Source: Terrimicrobiaceae bacterium (GTDB taxonomy: Bacteria; Verrucomicrobiota; Verrucomicrobiia; Chthoniobacterales; Terrimicrobiaceae). Taken from it: a stretch of DNA of 64,000 nt. A model generated the notes under the pieces. It ran no database searches and was not told the origin of the DNA. It saw only the letters and a program-made list of their open reading frames with translations. Shown in pieces: positions 58,847-64,000 of this stretch (position 1 is its first letter; each line of letters opens with the position of its first letter). The stretch lies in the NCBI GenBank assembly GCA_041752695.1, contig JBGSVZ010000068.1, positions 23,242-87,241 of the forward strand, written 5' to 3'. The translations under genes were made by a program, and so were the position numbers.

Positions 58847-59296
58847 ATGATGCGCCGCCTTGATACCAGTGCCTCCGATGGCAATGTCGGATTTCAAATC
58901 GCGCCGATGATCGATGTCGTTTTTGTCATCATGCTTTTTTTTATGGTCATGGCCGGTGCGGTGAAAATCGAGAATGAACTGAATACCACCCTGCCCGGGA
59001 CCGCGGAAACATCTAACGCGACTGATTTTGTGGACGAACAGATCATTGCCATCAGCGAGATCGGCGAGGTAAGCCTCAATGACGAGCCCTACGATTCGCC
59101 GCAGAGCACCGATCTTCCCCAGCTCAAAGCGACGTTGCTCCGGCTCAAGCAAAACGCCGATGCCGCAAAGACCCCGGCCGTTGTCACCATAATCAGCGAT
59201 GTCGCCGCCAAATACAGCCGCACCGTCGACGTGCTGGATGCCCTGGCCGTCGCAAAGATCGACAACGTAACTTTTACCGTGAGCGAAGAAGAATGA
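58847..59296 (+). CDS. exbD: ExbD/TolR family protein (second copy)
   Basis: FQIAPMIDVVFVIMLFFM with the conserved TM Asp; VDVLDAL...IDNVTF. Confidence 0.92.
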   Translation: MMRRLDTSASDGNVGFQIAPMIDVVFVIMLFFMVMAGAVKIENELNTTLPGTAETSNATDFVDEQIIAISEIGEVSLNDEPYDSPQSTDLPQLKATLLRLKQNADAAKTPAVVTIISDVAAKYSRTVDVLDALAVAKIDNVTFTVSEEE

Positions 59297-60843
59297 GCAG
59301 CCCCGACAATCCTGACGCTCCGACCGTGGATGGCTTGCTGGAAAGCCTCGGCCTGTCCCAATACACGCAAGCCTTTCGGGAAAACAACATCAGTCCCGAG
59401 CTTTTTGCGCGGCTCAATGACAAGGATCTTGGTGAACTTGGGGTCACCTCTCTGGGCCACCGTAAAACCATTCTCTTGGCCATCTCCAAACTGCAAAGAA
59501 CCGGGCGCACGGCATACATTCCGCCCCCTGGTTCTTCCGTGCCGCCCATTGTTCCCGAGCGGCCCGACGATCGGCCCCCCCTTGCGGCTCCGGTTGATTC
59601 GGTCATGGGAACCGGATTGCCTCTGCCTGTTCCCGATTCACTTCGGCGGAATGCCCCCCGGCCGCCAACCTCGCCGATTGTCGTGGAAACGTTTGCTGAG
59701 CCGAAAGCTCGGCCCTGGTGGCGTCCGCGCCTGGGTGGGAGATTTCTTTATGTGAGCATTATTGTGCACCTCCTTTTTGCCCTCGGTGCCACCTACCTCA
59801 TTGTGGAGACCATCGAGACGAAGCGTAAATTGACCTTCCAGGCTGGCCCGAAGACCCCCAACCCGAGCCAACGTTCCATCGAGCATAAGGTCTCCATGGC
59901 CAAAAAACAAACGACGATGAGCGCCCCCGCCCAACCTAAGCGAATCACCACAACTGGCGCAGCCAAGGTCGCCCTGCCCGATATGCCGTCGATGCCCAGC
60001 ATGGAGACGTTTACTCCGGGAAAGATGGCGGGGATGGGTGGGGTTGGGCTCGCGGGCTTTGGCGGGAGCGGCACGATTGGTGGTGGGGTCGGCGGAACAG
60101 GCTTGACCATGTTCGGATTCCGGGAAGCAAAACCGGGGGGAATTAAAGGCGATTTTTATGATCTCAAACAAACAAGGGCCGGCCAGCCTGCGCCGGAAGC
60201 TGATTTTTTTGACGTGCTATCAAAATTTATTGCCAGCAAATATAATCCCGAGACTCTGAAAGAATTCTACAAGGCAAAAAATTCGCTCTATGCCACGAAG
60301 TTCTTCATCCCGACAATGCAAGCCGAAGAAGGACCCAAGGCATTTGGCCTGGAGAAAGAGGTTCAGCCCAAAGCTTGGTTTGTTCACTATTCCGGCAGCA
60401 TATCCCCGCCCCAATCGGGCAAGTACCGTTTCTGGGGCACGGGTGACGATGTTATGGTTGTGGCCATCAACGGGACGACTGTGCTGGACTACACTCTGGA
60501 TAGGCAACCTAGTAACTGGATGCCAAAGGATCCCGCCGCTTCAAGGCGGAGAGACGATGGACGGCCCTCTGCCGGGGACTGGATTGAACTTTCCGACCGC
60601 GAAACTTATCGCCTGGATGTGATTATTGGAGAGCGCCCGGGCGGGCAGTTCCGGGCCGTTCTTCTACTAGAGCAGGACGGCAAAAAATATGACAAAGATA
60701 CCGACGGATCAATCATTCCCGCTGTCTTTTCCACCATTCCTCTAAACGTCAAAGACCTCGCGGAGCGGGAGAAGGGTCCGAAAGTTGACGCGCAAGCCAT
60801 CATCATGGCTCCCAAGCGTCCGATCGCCATCGGTCGTCCCTGA
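59293..60843 (+). CDS. SAM domain - Pro-rich linker - TonB-type TM helix - Gly-rich linker - PA14-like domain protein
   Basis: SAM signature LESLGLSQYTQAFRENNI...LNDKDLGELGVTSLGHRKTILLAI; TM YVSIIVHLLFALG; PA14-like GDFYDLKQ...GKYRFWGTGDDVMVVAING. ATGA overlap with exbD. Confidence 0.8.
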   Translation: MSSPDNPDAPTVDGLLESLGLSQYTQAFRENNISPELFARLNDKDLGELGVTSLGHRKTILLAISKLQRTGRTAYIPPPGSSVPPIVPERPDDRPPLAAPVDSVMGTGLPLPVPDSLRRNAPRPPTSPIVVETFAEPKARPWWRPRLGGRFLYVSIIVHLLFALGATYLIVETIETKRKLTFQAGPKTPNPSQRSIEHKVSMAKKQTTMSAPAQPKRITTTGAAKVALPDMPSMPSMETFTPGKMAGMGGVGLAGFGGSGTIGGGVGGTGLTMFGFREAKPGGIKGDFYDLKQTRAGQPAPEADFFDVLSKFIASKYNPETLKEFYKAKNSLYATKFFIPTMQAEEGPKAFGLEKEVQPKAWFVHYSGSISPPQSGKYRFWGTGDDVMVVAINGTTVLDYTLDRQPSNWMPKDPAASRRRDDGRPSAGDWIELSDRETYRLDVIIGERPGGQFRAVLLLEQDGKKYDKDTDGSIIPAVFSTIPLNVKDLAEREKGPKVDAQAIIMAPKRPIAIGRP

Positions 60844-60883
60844 CGAATGCCGAACGGCTTGTGATCGTTCCGAAGAATCAAGT

Positions 60884-63334
60884 ATGAGCGAGATTCAAAC
60901 ACAACGACCGTGGACGGTTCACATCATCCACCACACGCACACCGATATTGGGTACACGGAGTCGCAAGGCCGGATCGCCCGCTTCCATGCGGGGTTTCTC
61001 GATCAAGTCCTTGAGATAGCGCGGAGAATCCGTGCCGGAGAAAGCGATTTGGTCGGCTTCAAATGGACGAACGAGTGTTTTTGGTCTGTTGAAGAATGGC
61101 TGAGGCGGGGTGGACGGGTCGATGAATTGGTAGAGTGCATCCGGGATGGGGTCCTCGAACTCAGCGGGACTTACCTGCATTTCACGGAGTTGATCGACGA
61201 GTCGTTGACCCACGCTGCTTTGGATAGGATCCGATCTTTTGCTCACGCCTTTGAAGTCCCGATTGACACGGCCATTTCGGCGGACATCAATGGATTTAGT
61301 TGGGGTTATGCCCAAGCCCTCCATGACGCAGGGATCAAGAACCTGGTGACGTGCATCCACTCTCACCACGGACTTGCTCCCCTCGGTCGGAGGCAAACGC
61401 CCTTTTTCTGGGAGACGCCCGGTGGACAAGAGATTTTCGTCTGGAACGGCGAGCAATATCATTTGGGCAATTCCCTTGGTCTCGTTCCGGGTGCCCTGCA
61501 GACGTATTTGTTGGAGGATGAAATGAATCCTACCAGCCGACAGGGCGACAATTATTCCGTCGCCGCGATCCGCCTTCCTCGTTATCTCCATCAACTGGAG
61601 CTGGACCAGTATCCTTATAACTTTGTGCCCGTGCATGTCTCGGGCGCCATGACCGACAATGCGCCACCCTCGGAGGCAATCATTCGCTTTGTGCACGAGT
61701 GGAATCAACGCCATGGTCAGGCGATCCTCTTGAAAATGAGCTCGCTGTCGGCCTTTTGCCAGGAGGTCAGGCAGCATCCATTTCCCATTCCTCGGTACCG
61801 GGGGGATTGGCCTGATTGGTGGTCCGATGGGTTTTGTTCCACTCCCGACGAAACTCGCCTCGCCCGCGAAGCCATGCGAAGTTCCCTCTGGGTGAAAGCC
61901 CTGGCGAAGAAGAACGGGATCGTCCTCCCCACATCCGAATTGTCTCGGATGGAACAAAATCTTCTCCTTTATACCGAGCATACCTTTAATCATTCCGACT
62001 CGGTATCCGCGCCATGGGACCTGACAACGAAAGCGGTCGGAAGTAATAAAAAGGCAACTGCCTATGCCGCCTATGAGGCAGCAGGAGAGGTCCAAGATGC
62101 CCTCTTCGCGGCCCTTGGAGAAATCCCCAACCGTGCTCCCGATACCAGCCAAGATGCATTCTTTTACAAAGTCATCAATCCTTCCAGCCAGCCGGTAACC
62201 GACCTGGCCAGGCTTTACCTGGAGCAGAAGGATTTCGCGAGGCTTCCCCACGACCCCATCGTCACCGACCTGCGTTCGGGAACGAATCTGCCTTGCGTAA
62301 GTAGTCCGGCCCCGCGGGGACGCAGTTTTGACTTTCTCTTGAGACTCGATGCAGGCGAGCAAGTGGAGTTTGCCTTGACCCCCGGAACCAGCACGGTTCG
62401 CTCTTCTCAACGGCATTTCACGGACCGAATGGCCGGATCCGACGTCGAGGGAAGCGAAGCGGCGTCGCGAAATGTTCGAGCGGACGTCACCGGTGTGGAA
62501 ACGCCCTGGCTGCGGCTGAGCTTTGGCACGTGCGGGGAGATTACCTCCCTCATTGCGAAAAAAAGTGGAATCGAGTTGCTCCATCCGAATCGCGACCATG
62601 CGCCCTTCACCCCGGTCTATGAGGTTACGCCCGCCGGGGGCTTGTCGATGGTCGGGATTCGCCGCGGGTTTGGGCGCAATCGCAAAGGCGAAAATGTCCA
62701 ACGCTTCGCTGGGCGACCCAGCCTTCCTCGTTTTCCGAAAAACGAAGGGATTCGAATCCCTGTGGAGATTGAATACAACGTGGAGGGAACACGCTGGTTC
62801 AAACTCTTGCTCTATGTTTGGCGCGACCTTCCGCGAATCGATGCCACGATCCGCCTGCATAAAACTTCGGTCTGGGAGCCGGAGAATCTTTACCTGGCGC
62901 TGCCGTTTGGCGTGCCCGAAGCCGAACTCTGGCTGGACAAACCCGGTGGACCTTTGCGGCCGTGGCAAGATCAACTCCCGGATACTTTGACGGATTGGTT
63001 TTGCATTCAAGAGGGATTCTCCTTTTGTGGACCATTGATGGGGTTGTCATTGGCGACTCCGGATTCGCCGTTGCTTCAACTCGGTCCGCTTGCTTTTGGT
63101 CGGCGTCTTCTCATGGGCAACCCCGGCCTCCAACCGCCCAATATTCGCCCGTACAGTTGGCTGATGACGAACTATTGGGAAACTAATTTTGAAGCCGATC
63201 TTGGCGGTTTCCATGAGTTCAGTTACCGCATCGAGTTCGGCGAACACCTCGTGGATCCCGTCACAGCTATCCGCCAATGTCAGGCCTTGAATCGGGGTCT
63301 GCAATCCTTTCGCATCGCGCCCAGAAATTCCTGA
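60884..63334 (+). CDS. GH38-like (alpha-mannosidase N-terminal fold) glycoside hydrolase
   Basis: HHTHTDIGY metal motif; FKWTNE; ISADING; FFWETPGG; DNAPP; RGDWPDWW; SWLMTNYWETNF. No signal peptide. Confidence 0.8.
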   Translation: MSEIQTQRPWTVHIIHHTHTDIGYTESQGRIARFHAGFLDQVLEIARRIRAGESDLVGFKWTNECFWSVEEWLRRGGRVDELVECIRDGVLELSGTYLHFTELIDESLTHAALDRIRSFAHAFEVPIDTAISADINGFSWGYAQALHDAGIKNLVTCIHSHHGLAPLGRRQTPFFWETPGGQEIFVWNGEQYHLGNSLGLVPGALQTYLLEDEMNPTSRQGDNYSVAAIRLPRYLHQLELDQYPYNFVPVHVSGAMTDNAPPSEAIIRFVHEWNQRHGQAILLKMSSLSAFCQEVRQHPFPIPRYRGDWPDWWSDGFCSTPDETRLAREAMRSSLWVKALAKKNGIVLPTSELSRMEQNLLLYTEHTFNHSDSVSAPWDLTTKAVGSNKKATAYAAYEAAGEVQDALFAALGEIPNRAPDTSQDAFFYKVINPSSQPVTDLARLYLEQKDFARLPHDPIVTDLRSGTNLPCVSSPAPRGRSFDFLLRLDAGEQVEFALTPGTSTVRSSQRHFTDRMAGSDVEGSEAASRNVRADVTGVETPWLRLSFGTCGEITSLIAKKSGIELLHPNRDHAPFTPVYEVTPAGGLSMVGIRRGFGRNRKGENVQRFAGRPSLPRFPKNEGIRIPVEIEYNVEGTRWFKLLLYVWRDLPRIDATIRLHKTSVWEPENLYLALPFGVPEAELWLDKPGGPLRPWQDQLPDTLTDWFCIQEGFSFCGPLMGLSLATPDSPLLQLGPLAFGRRLLMGNPGLQPPNIRPYSWLMTNYWETNFEADLGGFHEFSYRIEFGEHLVDPVTAIRQCQALNRGLQSFRIAPRNS

Positions 63335-63532
63335 CCAGCGTGGCAAAAGAATGTATGGTGGAGTGTCGCTTAGTTATCCCAATTTTTGTCCGAGTTCCGC
63401 TTTACCGTATTTGTTCTCCCGAATCGCGCTATCCCCTTGCGCTTTCGGGCCGGGACGCTTAGCTGACTATGATATTTCCGCCAAACCATCTCCATCACAT
63501 ACTCTTTGCCCACTCTTCTCCCTTTCGGATCA

Positions 63533-63889
63533 ATGGCCACTCTTTCCCCTGTTTTCGATTATTTTCCACGTGCTTCCGCAATTCGGGCCGGATGCGCCGG
63601 GTTTGTCTTTTGGCTGGCCATCCCCGTCGGCGCGGACACGAGGATCGTTAAAGACATGACCCCTGTGAACCCCGGAATCATCAGTTACACCGTAACCTCC
63701 GATTACCAGCAGGGACCGAATAAATTGGAGGTGCTCATTCCGGACAAGCTTGAGCCCGGTCGGAAGTATCCGGTGCTTTATACATTGCCGGTGAATGTCG
63801 GCACGTCGGGCAACTGGGGCTCGGCAATCGTCGAATTGCAGAAGTTGGATGTGTCGAACCCAACGGTGTTGAAGGTAGCTGCTAAGTGA
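63533..63889 (+). pseudogene. Truncated secreted esterase/alpha-beta hydrolase fragment
   Basis: Hydrophobic leader, then SDYQQGPNKLEVLIPDKLEPGRKYPVLYTLP (a typical putative-esterase N-terminus). Stops at 63887-63889 before any GxSxG motif. Confidence 0.6.
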
Positions 63890-64000
63890 CAACGCTTATT
63901 CATAACGTTAAGGGGCCAGCAGCCCCGCCACGACCCTGGTTTTTCGGATATCGAAAAACCATTCCTTTGATGGGAAGGCAAAAAAGAACGGCATTTCTGC

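Noticed and set aside
52479..60843. Canonical Tol-Pal, TonB-receptor or flagellar MotAB system
   Set aside because: No TolB/Pal, no TonB C-terminal domain or receptor, and no OmpA-like MotB domain or flagellar genes were recognised.
60878..63010. Long antisense ORFs (710 aa here; also 19459-20832, 5928-7088, 20994-22112, 3954-4961, 10794-11777)
   Set aside because: They lie opposite well-supported genes and have no motifs; such shadow ORFs are expected in GC-rich DNA.
6060..63392. Recurring GGACAA hexamer near several gene starts (about 6064, 40599, 63385 reverse) as an XylR site
   Set aside because: Too short and too few occurrences to exceed chance without a statistical test.
63858..64000. 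Integron attC site
   Set aside because: ACCCAAC fits RYYYAAC, but no complementary GTTRRRY arm or extended dyad symmetry is present in the window, and there is no integrase.
1..64000. CRISPR arrays, tRNA/rRNA genes, transposases, prophage genes
   Set aside because: No regularly spaced repeats, cloverleaf or rRNA signatures, or transposase/integrase/phage motifs were seen by eye.

Overview
A GC-rich bacterial window, almost certainly Verrucomicrobiota (Chthoniobacterales/Spartobacteria-like), judged from a four-gene Verru_Chthon pilin-like cassette, a PEP-CTERM protein and verrucomicrobial-style large exoproteins. It is a dense glycan-utilisation region. It encodes GH16, GH4, GH52, GH2, GH29, GH1, GH95-like, GH42-like, GH38-like and pectate-lyase-fold enzymes, several uncharacterised secreted proteins, three oxidoreductases and two XylR/AraC regulators. 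I recognise no SusC/TonB-dependent receptor and no ABC, MFS or SSS transporter. The most unusual element is an operon at 52.5-60.8 kb: TPR, TPR, membrane non-RD Ser/Thr kinase, ExbB, ExbD, ExbD, then a SAM/TonB-type TM/PA14-like protein. A second TonB-type TM protein with a cytoplasmic FHA domain lies at 23.2-25.2 kb. The kinase and the SAM protein share a juxtamembrane RPPTSP[L/I] motif that fits an FHA phosphothreonine ligand. Together these suggest a phosphorylation-controlled proton-motor envelope machine. Also present: a shared C-terminal domain ending FxRL on three unrelated exoproteins, a decayed partial duplicate of a neighbouring gene, and a truncated esterase at the right edge. I saw no rRNA, tRNA, CRISPR array or transposase. 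All family calls come from motif recognition by eye, not database searches.
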